This document shows positions 52,848 to 64,000 of a DNA stretch of 64,000 nucleotides, in pieces (position 1 is the stretch's first letter; each line of letters begins with the position of its first letter). Under the pieces are notes generated by a model, which did not search any database, was not told where the DNA came from, and saw only the letters and a program-made list of their open reading frames with translations. The translations under genes and the position numbers were made by a program. Origin of the DNA: Arenicellales bacterium (lineage in GTDB: Bacteria > Pseudomonadota > Gammaproteobacteria > Arenicellales > JAJDZL01). Location: contig OZ241916.1 in the NCBI GenBank assembly GCA_965203865.1, forward strand, positions 458,353-522,352. The letters run 5' to 3'.

Positions 52848-52866
52848 ATCGAATGAGAATTTATCC

Positions 52867-53277
52867 ATGAAGAAAGCCCATGCCATTCTTTTGTTTACGG
52901 TGGTCATTGCTTCAATTGCAGGGTACTACATTTTTGCTACCGACAGGGGTTCTTTTCGAGTTGAGGAAACATTTGATTCGTTCTCTACAAGCGAAATTGT
53001 TGCAACAGGAGAAGGAGATCGCTATGAAGGGGAATTACATGAAGGATTGCCGCATGGAATAGGTGTATATATTACAGCGCAAGGTGGGCGTTACGAAGGT
53101 GAATTTGATCAAGGCCTCCCTCACGGCATGGGAGTATATACACAAGCCAATGGTACCCGTTATGAAGGCGGATTTGATCGAGGCGAAATGAAGGGTCGGG
53201 GCGTTTATATCTTCACAGACGGCAGGCAGTACGAAGTTATAGACGGAGAAGTCACTGGAAAATACTGGTCCGAGTAG
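52867..53277 (+). CDS. MORN-repeat protein with N-terminal membrane anchor
   Basis: The repeats are RYEGELHEGLPHGIGVY, RYEGEFDQGLPHGMGVY and RYEGGFDRGEMKGRGVY. Confidence 0.75.
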   Translation: MKKAHAILLFTVVIASIAGYYIFATDRGSFRVEETFDSFSTSEIVATGEGDRYEGELHEGLPHGIGVYITAQGGRYEGEFDQGLPHGMGVYTQANGTRYEGGFDRGEMKGRGVYIFTDGRQYEVIDGEVTGKYWSE

Positions 53278-53324
53278 TTTTTTTCACTGCCCTTGCCTCT
53301 TTTAACTTGTATTTTCTTTGAGAA

Positions 53325-54572
53325 TCAGAATTTTCGAAGCAGGACAATCCTGTTTGTGTTTGTTCCGCGACTGCCGTTTGCAATTCCCCAGCAGTTTGAT
53401 GTTTTTGTGAATTTCTGCAGATTCACCATCACCCCGAGCACTTCAAACGGGAGCCCTTTTGCAGCTTCAAGAACCAGAGATTCCAAAAGGATGGTACCGC
53501 GTCTCACTTCTCCCACTTCAAAGGCAATATGCCCTCCTGGCTTTAGAATTCTTGCCTGCTCCGCTAAAACTTCATGCGTCATTTCAGTCCAGTATTCAGG
53601 TTTTTTATGAATTGCAATATTGAGCTCAGTATCAGAAATACCAGCAAACCAGCATCTTAGCCAGTTGTCTTTGGCATAGTCGACAACGTCAAGGAAGGGC
53701 GGCGAAGTAACCACGAGCGAAACACTGTTGCTTTCCAGGTTCGGTGTTTTGCTTGCAGGGCCAACCGAAAGATAATACTGGCTTGAAGCAGTTGAGAACA
53801 AAGGAAGCGAATGTCGCAGCAAGGATTTCGATTTTCTCAGAATAATGGACTTTATATCTCTTTCAGGCGGAACAAGATTCGTTCGTTCGTTCAGAATTCT
53901 TTGTGATTTTGCAGATATAGCCTGGTTGGGCGGCATTGTTCTTCCAGAAAAGAATCCCGGAGAATGCCCCGTAAGACGATTGATGCATATCATTCGAATC
54001 CAGTCCAGATTTAAATCAGGATTGCTTTGTTGCAATCCAACTTCCTGTTGAAAAAAATCTCGAATACGACTCAGTTGCCGCAGAGTTTTGGGATGAAAGA
54101 AAGCGGTCAAGCCGAGATTGTCGTCAAGCTTCTCATCATTGCACTGACTAGCCTCTTGCACCAGACTTTCCACAGTCATTTCAATATTTCGATAGGTAGG
54201 CGGATTGAGTCTGGGTCGGGTCAAAAGCAGGGACAGAGGATTGATATCATTTCCAGATGCAACTCTGTTGTTCAACCACGCTTCCAGAGGTGTTGTGCCC
54301 CTGCCCATGAAAGGGTCGTGAACTATGTCTCCTTCATCAGTCAAGCGCCTGATAAAAAACGAGGGCAACTGAGGTTTGAAACATGCCCGGTAGCTGATTT
54401 CGTGCAATGAATGCCCTTCTCGCTGTTTGGGTGTCCAGTATTCATTGACGAAGTATGGAATTCCTGATTGATTGACCCGTTCTGTTTTCTTCCCGAAATC
54501 ACTGAACTCGACAAGAGATTCAACTATGTCGATGTTCTGCAAATCTGTTTCTGCCGGTACAATGCTAACCAT
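53325..54572 (-). CDS. Solitary N4-cytosine/N6-adenine DNA methyltransferase
   Basis: Motif I is VHDPFMGRGTT and motif IV is VVTSPPFLDVVDY, about 190 aa downstream. The region preceding motif I is HEISYRACFKPQLPSFFIRRLT. No endonuclease gene is adjacent. Confidence 0.8.
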   Translation of the reverse strand: MVSIVPAETDLQNIDIVESLVEFSDFGKKTERVNQSGIPYFVNEYWTPKQREGHSLHEISYRACFKPQLPSFFIRRLTDEGDIVHDPFMGRGTTPLEAWLNNRVASGNDINPLSLLLTRPRLNPPTYRNIEMTVESLVQEASQCNDEKLDDNLGLTAFFHPKTLRQLSRIRDFFQQEVGLQQSNPDLNLDWIRMICINRLTGHSPGFFSGRTMPPNQAISAKSQRILNERTNLVPPERDIKSIILRKSKSLLRHSLPLFSTASSQYYLSVGPASKTPNLESNSVSLVVTSPPFLDVVDYAKDNWLRCWFAGISDTELNIAIHKKPEYWTEMTHEVLAEQARILKPGGHIAFEVGEVRRGTILLESLVLEAAKGLPFEVLGVMVNLQKFTKTSNCWGIANGSRGTNTNRIVLLRKF

Positions 54573-54614
54573 GTGATTTCACTGAAGTTGAATTTGATGT
54601 ATTTGTGGACTTGA

Positions 54615-56102
<1,488 letters not shown>

Positions 56103-56109
56103 GGCTGTT

Positions 56110-57696
56110 TTGGCGCCCGGCGACAATCTGGTTCCACCGCAAGATCGAATTCTGGTCTTGGATTTCGGTTCGCAATACACGCAGCTAATTGCGCGCCGCG
56201 TGCGAGAATGCGGTGTTTACAGTGCAATCTATCCTTACGATATTCCAGTAGATGTAATTGAAGCATTCGCCCCAGCCGGCGTAATTCTTTCAGGCGGACC
56301 TTCAACCGTTACGAGCGAATTTGCGGCAAGTGCGCCAATGGAGTTGTTTGAAATGAAAACACCCGTTCTGGGGATCTGCTACGGCATGCAAACCATGGTT
56401 GCCCAGCTTGGCGGAGTAGTAGAAAATGCTTCAACGCACGAGTACGGCTATACGCAAGTTGAAATTCTGGAAAATTCGCGTCTGCTTGATGGTGTTGCTA
56501 GTCGAAACGGTAGCGGTAAAAATGTACTGGGTGTTTGGATGAGCCATGGAGATCGTGTGATTGAAGTGCCTGAAAACTTCAAATCGATTGCAGCATCCGA
56601 TAATTCGCCGATTGCGGCAATTGGGGATTTGGAGAGAAGCTATTTTGGACTTCAATTTCATCCGGAAGTGACTCACACCGAGCATGGAAGCAGAATTATT
56701 GAGAATTTTCTTCACAAAATCTGCGGTTGCAAATCATCCTGGAAGCCGGACGACTTGATTGCCAGTCAGATTGATTTGATTCGCGAGACAGTTCGCGACG
56801 AGCGAGTTGTTCTGGCACTGTCGGGAGGGGTTGACTCCTCCGTTTGCGCAGCATTGCTGCACCAGGCAATCGGAGATCAGTTGACTTGTATATTTGTAGA
56901 CAATGGCTTGCTTCGCCTTGACGAGCAAAGTTCTGTCAGAGAAAGCATGAAGAGCTGTCTTGGCATTGATATTAAATTTGTTGAAGCGCAAGACCGATTC
57001 TTTGCAGAACTGTCAGGCGTGTCGAATCCTGAAGACAAGAGAAAAATTATTGGTCGTGTATTTATTGAAATCTTTCAGGAAGAGGCCAGAAAATTGAGGG
57101 GGGTAAAGTGGCTTGCACAAGGAACGATTTATCCAGATGTGATTGAATCGGCGGCATTTCACACAAATAGCGCCAAAGTGATCAAGTCTCATCACAATGT
57201 CGGTGGATTGCCCGAAAAGCTGGACTTGAAGCTTCTGGAGCCGTTGCGAGACTTGTTCAAGGATGAAGTGAGAAAAATTGGCTTGCAACTGGGATTGCCC
57301 AAAGAAGTTGTGTACCGCCATCCTTTTCCCGGACCGGGGCTTGGCGTGCGGATCCTCGGAGAAGTGAAGCGAGAGTATGCGGACTTGCTGAGGCAGGCGG
57401 ATGCGATATTTATGGAGGAACTCTGGAAGAATGACTTGTACTATCAGGCAAGCCAGGCTTTTGTTGTCTTTCTGCCAGTAAAGTCGGTTGGGGTAGTTGG
57501 AGACAATCGGGCATACGAGTATGTCGTCAGTTTGCGGGCAGTGCAGACGGAAGACTTCATGACGGCGAATTGCCTGCGAATTCCGTATGAAATACTTGAA
57601 AATGTTTCCAGCAGAATTGTCAATGAAGTCAAAGGAATCAGTCGGGTGACATACGATATTTCCAGCAAGCCGCCAGCTACGATTGAGTGGGAGTGA
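56110..57696 (+). CDS. guaA: GMP synthase (glutamine-hydrolysing)
   Basis: [27 protein letters not shown], the PP-loop SGGVDSSV and the C-terminal ATIEWE are present. The non-ATG start is uncertain. Confidence 0.95.
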   Translation: MAPGDNLVPPQDRILVLDFGSQYTQLIARRVRECGVYSAIYPYDIPVDVIEAFAPAGVILSGGPSTVTSEFAASAPMELFEMKTPVLGICYGMQTMVAQLGGVVENASTHEYGYTQVEILENSRLLDGVASRNGSGKNVLGVWMSHGDRVIEVPENFKSIAASDNSPIAAIGDLERSYFGLQFHPEVTHTEHGSRIIENFLHKICGCKSSWKPDDLIASQIDLIRETVRDERVVLALSGGVDSSVCAALLHQAIGDQLTCIFVDNGLLRLDEQSSVRESMKSCLGIDIKFVEAQDRFFAELSGVSNPEDKRKIIGRVFIEIFQEEARKLRGVKWLAQGTIYPDVIESAAFHTNSAKVIKSHHNVGGLPEKLDLKLLEPLRDLFKDEVRKIGLQLGLPKEVVYRHPFPGPGLGVRILGEVKREYADLLRQADAIFMEELWKNDLYYQASQAFVVFLPVKSVGVVGDNRAYEYVVSLRAVQTEDFMTANCLRIPYEILENVSSRIVNEVKGISRVTYDISSKPPATIEWE

Positions 57697-57703
57697 AGAA
57701 AAA

Positions 57704-57898
57704 ATGTACTGTATTCCAGTAGATATGCCTAAAGATATTTGTGATATTGATGATGAACTCAAAGCGATTTATCACAGCAAAGATACTGTTTGCATTTGGG
57801 TTTTTAAAACAAGAGATGAGAGAAACAGGTTTGTTGACGAAACTGCTGGAATGATGAAATCAGAAAGAGAAGACCATTATCAAAAATATTATGCTTGA
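57704..57898 (+). CDS. Small hypothetical protein (64 aa)
   Basis: ATG 57704 has GGGAG about 10 nt upstream. I recognise no family. Confidence 0.3.
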   Translation: MYCIPVDMPKDICDIDDELKAIYHSKDTVCIWVFKTRDERNRFVDETAGMMKSEREDHYQKYYA

Positions 57899-57955
57899 GA
57901 CTTACAAAGTTGAAAAAAGATTCAATAAAAACAATGATATAAACTATCATTACTA

Positions 57956-58735
57956 TTGAGTGAGAATAGAATAGTTCGACTATATTTGATTAATCCAGGC
58001 GCTGCGGTTGATTTCATGGTTCATAGATTTTTAGGTGAGGAGGTGATTGATTGGGAAATGCCCCCTGTTCCTGACGACCTGTTACTTAAGGGAAAGCATG
58101 TTTCTCTTGCGCCGCTTTCCGCAGAGCGGCATACAAAAGAACTGTTTGAATCATTCAGGCAAGACAAGGAAGACAGAATTTGGGACTATTTGCCGTACGG
58201 CCCTTTTGAAGAGTTGCATCAATTGGAAAATTGGGTTCGATTGAATGAAGCGTTGCCTGATCCGTATTTTTTGGCAATTGAAAAATTGGATATTGGCACT
58301 GTGTGCGGCGTGGCTAGCTATTTGCGAATCAAGCCCAAAGACGGTTCGATTGAAGTAGGGCATATCAACTTTTCCCCATTGCTCCAGAAATCAATTGCTG
58401 CGACAGAAGCAATGTATTTGATGATGAAGTGGGTGTTTGATAGCGGCTACAGACGATATGAATGGAAATGCAATGCGTTGAATGCCGGCTCTCGAAAAGC
58501 TGCGCAAAGGCTTGGATTCTCCTATGAAGGAATTTTCCGGCAAGCCACCATTAGCAAGGGAAGAAACAGAGACACAGCATGGTTTGCCATCATAGACAAG
58601 GAATGGGGAAGATTGAATTCCTGTTTTAATACCTACTTGAATCCGGGAAACTTCAAGGAAGATGGAACACAGGAAATTTCGCTGAGCAACTTGACCCGGG
58701 AAGTTCTGGTTGCAACCGATCCAATGTTTGAATAG
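57956..58735 (+). CDS. GNAT-family N-acetyltransferase (RimJ/RimL-like)
   Basis: IEVGHINFSPLLQKSIAATEAMYLMMKWVFDSGYRRYEWKCNALNAGSRKAAQRLGFSYEGIFRQ is present. Confidence 0.8.
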   Translation: MSENRIVRLYLINPGAAVDFMVHRFLGEEVIDWEMPPVPDDLLLKGKHVSLAPLSAERHTKELFESFRQDKEDRIWDYLPYGPFEELHQLENWVRLNEALPDPYFLAIEKLDIGTVCGVASYLRIKPKDGSIEVGHINFSPLLQKSIAATEAMYLMMKWVFDSGYRRYEWKCNALNAGSRKAAQRLGFSYEGIFRQATISKGRNRDTAWFAIIDKEWGRLNSCFNTYLNPGNFKEDGTQEISLSNLTREVLVATDPMFE

Positions 58736-58794
58736 CACTTGCCAGCGGGACTTTTGTGTTGCAAATCACAGGCAAGACCAACGGGTAATTCATC

Positions 58795-59313
58795 ATGTCG
58801 GATGTAAATTCAGAAACCGAAGTTGGCACTTGGAATGGGGATACGACCAAGTTTGCGGAAATTCCACAGCACATTTACTGGATGCGCAGGGCACTAGCTC
58901 TTGCACAAGAAGCTTTGGTGGCAAACGAAGTTCCAGTTGGCGCTCTTGTTGTTAGAAAAGGAGCAGTTGTCGGCGAAGGGTTCAATCGCACTATTAGTGT
59001 TTGCGACCCAAGTGCACACGCGGAAATAATAGCTCTTCGCAACGCATCTGCAAAATTGAAAAATCACAGAATTACCGATGCGACGTTGTATGTAACTCTT
59101 GAGCCCTGTGCAATGTGTGCCGGAGCAATCGTCCAGGCCAGAATATCAAGTGTTGTGTTTGGCACTCCAGATCCAAAATCGGGTGCTAGCGGTTCTGTAA
59201 TGAATGTTTTGCAAAACGAACACTTGAATCACCGGTGCGAAGTAACAGGCGGCGTATTGCAAAACGAGTGTGCGGCGATACTCAGAAAATTTTTCCAGTC
59301 AAAAAGAATTTGA
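58795..59313 (+). CDS. tadA: tRNA-specific adenosine deaminase
   Basis: HAEIIALR and PCAMCAGAI are the CDA zinc motifs. Confidence 0.92.
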   Translation: MSDVNSETEVGTWNGDTTKFAEIPQHIYWMRRALALAQEALVANEVPVGALVVRKGAVVGEGFNRTISVCDPSAHAEIIALRNASAKLKNHRITDATLYVTLEPCAMCAGAIVQARISSVVFGTPDPKSGASGSVMNVLQNEHLNHRCEVTGGVLQNECAAILRKFFQSKRI

Positions 59314-59462
59314 TCGCGGAGACTTTCTGCATATTGTCGCACTTGTGCTGCTTGCGACTTCCTTCGTTATTGGATTCATACAGAATTTCTTCGCAACTTT
59401 TGCGGTGTGAGCTAGCTCGGTTACATGTAATGTGTAGAAAATAAAGTAAAATGCAGGCTTGT

Positions 59463-59559
<97 letters not shown>

Positions 59560-59679
59560 CCTGTAATTTGACTTATCGATCCTGAAAAAACAGTTTTTAG
59601 ATTGATCAATGAATTGAATTTATTGACGAAAACCAGTTATTGAAAAAATTTAGATTCCGACAATCTTTGACATCCGCAA

Positions 59680-61635
59680 TTAACCGAATTTATCTATGGC
59701 ATCCAGCAAATTCTCTATTCTAGTTCTTCTCTTTGATTGATCAAGGTAATTTTTATAGCTAACCTCCGCATCTTTGATCAATTCTTGATAAGTTAAAACA
59801 CGGATATTTTCGATTTCTAACATCCGCTTGTCTTTTTCCTCCCTATCCGGGTTGTCCCAGCCTTTCAATTTCCTCCCTACTAGGCAAACTACTTCAATAG
59901 GACCTTCTTCGTTATTTACTCCAATCTGTTTTTCTAATGCATCTATATATTTTTGAATTTGACTCAGTAATTGAATTTTACTTAGAGACTTGCTCTTTCT
60001 TTTCAGCTCAATAATCATGTGTTTTCCAGATGATTTTTTATAACGAATATCGATTCTTGCCTTCTTTTCCTTGCTTGTTAGTTTATCTGATATAGAATCA
60101 AATTCCTTTTTCACACTACTCTCTAAGGTTGGTGTTTCAGTAGCTCTGTCCCATGAGGGGTCAAGTAGCCAAAGATGATTATATATGTGTTCTTGAATAA
60201 CTTTTTCCAACGCGTCTTTTGCAACCAGAGTGCTTAATTTATGTATAACCTCAAGTCTTCCTTTTGTTATTTGGTAGTACCACGATGCTTCAATGTCATC
60301 TAGCTCGGAAAACAGTTTTACCGCGACCCCAAGATTTTCAATATCAATATTTTCTAGCTGAGATAATTTTTCTTTGTGGTGAAGGTGTTCAAATGCCAAT
60401 ACACCGTGTTTGTAAAGTGTTTTCCGATGTTCTTCATCTATCGCGATAGTATTAATTTGACCAAATAGTTTATTTGCAACTACCTTGGCATCACCGGTCT
60501 GTTCTTCTAGCCATTCCTCAATCTCTGGAATTTCCTTCGCTTTTTCTACTCCCTCATCTTGTTTGTAGCGTTTGCGTTCTTTGCTTAGGAATCTCAGTTC
60601 CTTTTTTATAAACTTAAAAAGTTCGATAAATCGCGGGTCGCTCCTCACAAAATCTTGTCGACTAGATGTTGAAATGTCATCTTTGTCAGTAAGGTCAAGA
60701 AATTCAGCATCAATTTCGCCAATTAAGTATTTAGTGTAGAGCCCGCCTTCACCAAATGACTCCAGAAGATTTTCCAGTGCGACTTTCCCGCGCATTAGAA
60801 TTGTCAGCCGATTAATGTTTTCATTGTTTTCCCGCAGTGAACTCGACTCTTTGGCTAAACCAATCCAACCTTTAACCTTGTAGCTAGGGGCACTATCAAT
60901 TTCACAGGAGCGCTTTACCAAATAGCCTTGTTTCAAGTGTTGCAAATTTGACTTGTCAAAGTCTCCGTATATAAGCGCATACTCAAGCTTGTGGAAATAG
61001 TCCCTATCTTTAAAACTGACCAGCTGGCCATTCATCGAGACAGAAAATTCATCTGACCAGATATTGAATCTGCGGGCAACACGTTTTTTCAAATTGTTGT
61101 CAAGCGATGAGTAAACTCGCTTTTTCAATTTTGACAATACAACTATCGTTCCAGAACTTTTTATTTCAAGCTCGGGGTCAATATTGTCAATTTTCGGGGG
61201 ATAGTGTCGGGACCCCTGCTCAATATCTTCTTGAATTTTGTCGTAATTCAGGTGTAAGCCTGTGGTAATTCCGTTCTTTCTTGAGTAAATTTCAACATCT
61301 TCGGCAATTGAAAATATTGACAACTTGCCTATGCCTTTCCTTCCCATTACTTTGCGACCACTAGGCGTTTTATCGAATGGTGCTGATTGCCTACGTTGAT
61401 ACCCGACTGAAAGGAATTTCTCTCGCAGGTCACCTTCATCCATTCCGCAGCCATCATCTTTTATATAGATGATTTTTTCATCATTTTCAGTTTCAATGTC
61501 AAGATTCACTTGCTTGGCATCAGCATCCCATGCATTAGCTATTAATTCAGACAAGACTGCCGGCACATTGCTATACAGATTCATCCCCAAGTGATTGAGT
61601 GTGGCAAGGTCAATCTTGAGTTCAAGCCGTTCCAT
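59680..61635 (-). CDS. GHKL (Bergerat-fold, MORC/MutL-like) ATPase fused to a C-terminal PD-(D/E)xK-like domain; probable restriction component
   Basis: The N box is ELIANAWDA, G1 is KDDGCGM and G2 is GRKGIGKLS. The C-terminus reads WLLDPSW...ARIDIRYKKSSGKHMIIELKR (D...E-L-K). It overlaps the dcm stop by 14 nt. Confidence 0.7.
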   Translation of the reverse strand: MERLELKIDLATLNHLGMNLYSNVPAVLSELIANAWDADAKQVNLDIETENDEKIIYIKDDGCGMDEGDLREKFLSVGYQRRQSAPFDKTPSGRKVMGRKGIGKLSIFSIAEDVEIYSRKNGITTGLHLNYDKIQEDIEQGSRHYPPKIDNIDPELEIKSSGTIVVLSKLKKRVYSSLDNNLKKRVARRFNIWSDEFSVSMNGQLVSFKDRDYFHKLEYALIYGDFDKSNLQHLKQGYLVKRSCEIDSAPSYKVKGWIGLAKESSSLRENNENINRLTILMRGKVALENLLESFGEGGLYTKYLIGEIDAEFLDLTDKDDISTSSRQDFVRSDPRFIELFKFIKKELRFLSKERKRYKQDEGVEKAKEIPEIEEWLEEQTGDAKVVANKLFGQINTIAIDEEHRKTLYKHGVLAFEHLHHKEKLSQLENIDIENLGVAVKLFSELDDIEASWYYQITKGRLEVIHKLSTLVAKDALEKVIQEHIYNHLWLLDPSWDRATETPTLESSVKKEFDSISDKLTSKEKKARIDIRYKKSSGKHMIIELKRKSKSLSKIQLLSQIQKYIDALEKQIGVNNEEGPIEVVCLVGRKLKGWDNPDREEKDKRMLEIENIRVLTYQELIKDAEVSYKNYLDQSKRRTRIENLLDAIDKFG

Positions 61636-62692
61636 TTACTTGCCTCAGGTGATTCACTATTGCGATGCCAATCGCCTTGCCTAGTAGTGGCGGGACAGCG
61701 TTGCCAATTTGTCTTGCAATTGAGGTCAATGCAGGTTTTTTTCCTGCTTGAAAGAATTCATAGTCTTCAGGGAAAGTTTGCAGAATCGCACCTTCCCTTA
61801 AACTTAAAGCACGGTTTTGTTCAGGATGACCAAACCTCCCGGTTCCATATCGAATGAACTGAGTTGTAAGCGTAGGAGCGGGTTTGTTCCAGTCCATCCT
61901 CCCGTACACGCTTCCATAGGAACTTCCAGAGCTTCTTTTATAGCAATTAGGAAGAAGTTTTTTCGGCCAATCACTCCAAGTGCCACCGGGTATAGAAGCG
62001 CGGATGCGTTGCAAATTGATTGAAGACAACGCAGAACACGTATGCAGCAAATCTGATTTGCTTGATTTGCCGTGGGATAATTTTTCTAAATGACCTATGG
62101 CAGATTTAACTGTTACAACACTTGAATCCAAGGGTTGCGGCAAATTAATTTCCCCTAGTAGTGAGGCCATTAAAACCAATCGCCGACGTCTTTGCGGTAT
62201 GCCGAAATTCTGGCAAGAAACAATATCTGCAGAAACCTTATAGCCCAATTTTTCCAATTCACGTTTGAAATCCAAGTAGACAGTTTGATTTTTCAGTGCC
62301 GGTACATTTTCCATGGATACTATTTCTGGCTTGCCTTCGCGAATCAACCTAAGAAATTCTGAAATTAGTCCCCATCTTGAATCTTGCTCCGCTTTTTTGA
62401 TTTTGGTTGCGTGAGTGGAAAAAGGCTGACATGGCGCACAACCAACCAAGATTCGAGTGCGGGAATCTTCCAAAAAAACTGAGATATCGGAAAATTGGAT
62501 ATTTTTGATATCAGACGCTATAAACTCGGCCTTGCAGTTTTTTTCATATGCAAATTTACAGGATTCATCAACATCCAGCCCGCCAGTCACATTGACACCG
62601 GCTCTCTGCAATCCGTATGTGAGACCACCTACGCTGCAAAACAAATCAAACGCTTTTACCTGGCGACTTGAAATTCTTGATAGGTCACTCAT
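61622..62692 (-). CDS. dcm: DNA (cytosine-5)-methyltransferase
   Basis: The motifs are I FDLFCSVGG, IV GCAPCQPFS, VI SMENV, VIII QRRRRLVL, IX REGAILQTFPEDYEF and X GNAVPPLL. Confidence 0.93.
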   Translation of the reverse strand: MSDLSRISSRQVKAFDLFCSVGGLTYGLQRAGVNVTGGLDVDESCKFAYEKNCKAEFIASDIKNIQFSDISVFLEDSRTRILVGCAPCQPFSTHATKIKKAEQDSRWGLISEFLRLIREGKPEIVSMENVPALKNQTVYLDFKRELEKLGYKVSADIVSCQNFGIPQRRRRLVLMASLLGEINLPQPLDSSVVTVKSAIGHLEKLSHGKSSKSDLLHTCSALSSINLQRIRASIPGGTWSDWPKKLLPNCYKRSSGSSYGSVYGRMDWNKPAPTLTTQFIRYGTGRFGHPEQNRALSLREGAILQTFPEDYEFFQAGKKPALTSIARQIGNAVPPLLGKAIGIAIVNHLRQVNGTA

Positions 62693-62755
62693 GACTTTAG
62701 ACCATTTTTCAATTTGGCGTTTAAAACTAAGCTAATCCGGGATGAAATTACATTC

Positions 62756-62780
62756 TCACTAGTGAAATTCTAGTGAATTG
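62756..62780. promoter_or_regulatory. Palindrome plus 11-bp-phased direct repeat upstream of dcm (possible operator)
   Basis: TCACTAGTGA is a perfect 10-bp palindrome at 62756-62765. CTAGTGAA occurs at 62759-62766 and again at 62770-62777, an 11-bp spacing. The site lies 65-85 nt upstream of the dcm ATG. Confidence 0.3.
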
Positions 62781-62886
62781 CACGGGATGAATTGTTGATT
62801 TTCGAATTTTCGAGCTCAAGTCAATATACTGGTCAACCTGAAATTCTGATTTTATTATACCTAATTGTTATCGCGCAGTGTAACAG

Positions 62887-63639
62887 TCAGAGTACAGCAA
62901 ACCACAAGGTAATCACCTCGACGACTTCAACTGTGCAAGCCGCAGTATTTCCTGAAACACCGCTGTCTTTATCCGCCAGATGCTTTTGTGCAAAGTAAAC
63001 AACCCCTGCGCAAATAGCGATTGCAGGAATAATCCAACTCCCTCCAATGAGTATGCACAGCAGGCAGGACAAACCTATTACAGCGTAAACATACCTCAAA
63101 TCAATATCTACTGCTTCCAGGTCGCCATAATTGTAGGGTTCTGAATAGGCGGGAGAGATGATTAGCCACATGGCGGCAGCACGTCCCAAAACACAGGCGA
63201 CAACAAGAGCACCAATATAGTTATCTTGAATCGCGACACTTAGGGCGGAAAATTTCGCAAGCAGAATGATGAGAATAGTGGTTGTGATAAATACAGTGTT
63301 CGAAGAATGGGAATTTGTACTGCTTCCTTCCGTGTCCATTGACTGTGAGAGCAACGAAAATGTTTTCACCATGCCGTCATAGTGCATGGAGCCAGAGATC
63401 CAAACCCATGCTACCAGAATAATGATTGCAGTCATGCCAGTGTTTCCGGGTATGAATGCCTGAAGAATTACAAGAGCCAAGCCAATGGTCAGACCAACAG
63501 CAGTGTGCCAAAGAAGCGATCTGTTTATTTCGTCGGATTCAACATTAGCCGGCTTCCAGGCCGGAAGTCTTGTGAGTGCTGACAGAGCAAATCGAAACTC
63601 GCGCCAACGGGAATGGAGTTTTTCTTCCTTCGGGTTCAT
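62887..63639 (-). CDS. CobS-like polytopic membrane protein (adenosylcobinamide-GDP ribazoletransferase family, divergent)
   Basis: The N-terminal FRFALSALTRLP and C-terminal GVSGNTAACTVEVVEVITL resemble CobS (..FLT.lP.. and GG.TGDT.GA..E). The motif I remember as H.DGLAD reads HYDGMVK here. Confidence 0.45.
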   Translation of the reverse strand: MNPKEEKLHSRWREFRFALSALTRLPAWKPANVESDEINRSLLWHTAVGLTIGLALVILQAFIPGNTGMTAIIILVAWVWISGSMHYDGMVKTFSLLSQSMDTEGSSTNSHSSNTVFITTTILIILLAKFSALSVAIQDNYIGALVVACVLGRAAAMWLIISPAYSEPYNYGDLEAVDIDLRYVYAVIGLSCLLCILIGGSWIIPAIAICAGVVYFAQKHLADKDSGVSGNTAACTVEVVEVITLWFAVL

Positions 63640-63680
63640 TTCAGTGAAATCTCAGTGTAGAGCATGTTGATACCGTACTT

Positions 63681-63771
63681 TGGCGGAGAGGGAGGGATTT
63701 GAACCCTCGGTACGCTATTCACGCACACACGCTTTCCAGGCGTGCACCTTAAGCCACTCGGTCACCTCTCC
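63681..63771 (-). tRNA. tRNA-Ser (anticodon GGA)
   Basis: The reverse complement folds as follows. The acceptor stem is GGAGAGG/CCTCTCC followed by G-CCA. The anticodon arm is CACGC-CTGGAAA-GCGTG. There is a long variable arm, and the T arm is GAGGG-TTCAAAT-CCCTC. Confidence 0.9.
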
Positions 63772-63923
63772 GGATCTGTCTCGTTGTGAACGGCTCAGTT
63801 TGGAATTTATATTCTAACAATTTCCCTTTAACTTATTGGCGCAGATTGCTATTTGGTTTTCCAATTTTGATGCTGGCGAGTCGATCGGATAGTATTTAAA
63901 ATTGTGTCGGGTTTTCACAGAAG

Positions 63924-64000
63924 TGGTCGGGGTGAGTGGATTTGAACCACCGGCCCCTGCCTCCCGAAGGCAGTGCTCTGCCAGGCTGAGCTACACCCCG
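63924..64000 (-). tRNA. tRNA-Pro (anticodon CGG); 5' end coincides with the window edge
   Basis: The reverse complement is CGGGGTGTAGCTCAGCCTGGCAGAGCACTGCCTTCGGGAGGCAGGGGCCGGTGGTTCAAATCCACTCACCCCGACCA. The anticodon arm is CTGCC-TTCGGGA-GGCAG. Confidence 0.85.

Overview
AT-rich bacterial chromosome segment, with hand-counted 60-nt samples giving roughly 38-47% G+C outside the first gene. Gene order is gammaproteobacterial. One block runs mrcA <-> aroK-aroB-gltB-gltD-pyrF-hemE. Other housekeeping genes include fabA-fabB, guaB-guaA, topA, nadC, clpB, fhs, ggt, folD, nudC, ctaA, tadA and three tRNAs. The window opens inside a giant, 5'-truncated surface protein of more than 2099 aa. It has 330-bp near-identical tandem repeats, Calx-beta-like modules and an autotransporter-type C-terminal barrel.

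Several small accessory islets interrupt the core:
- 6.8-11.4 kb: a HEPN/MNT pair in inverted order with a degenerate HEPN motif; a G11 tract inside a promoter spacer upstream of a membrane protein and an unknown-domain GIY-YIG nuclease; and a single-chain ABC-ATPase plus Toprim/DUF4435-like protein (OLD/PARIS-like).
- 25.7-26.8 kb: a BrnT toxin followed by two paralogous small proteins that show no recognisable RHH fold, plus an unannotated 23-aa hydrophobic peptide ORF.
- 28.3-34.5 kb: a three-gene MTase/helicase/PD-(D/E)xK cassette of Type III-like logic. The Mod-like protein has an uncharacterised N-terminal extension of about 480 aa, and the nuclease domain is split off in another reading frame.
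- 53.3-54.6 kb: a solitary N4/N6 DNA methyltransferase divergent from guaBA.
- 59.5-62.9 kb: a tRNA-Ser-adjacent Dcm methyltransferase overlapping a GHKL-ATPase/nuclease fusion.

My best candidates for something under-described are the 28-34.5 kb cassette, the GIY-YIG locus with its phase-variable-looking promoter, the BrnT locus and the GHKL-Dcm pair. I saw no CRISPR array, rRNA, transposase or integrase. All functional calls rest on motifs read by eye and remembered family signatures; no database search was run.
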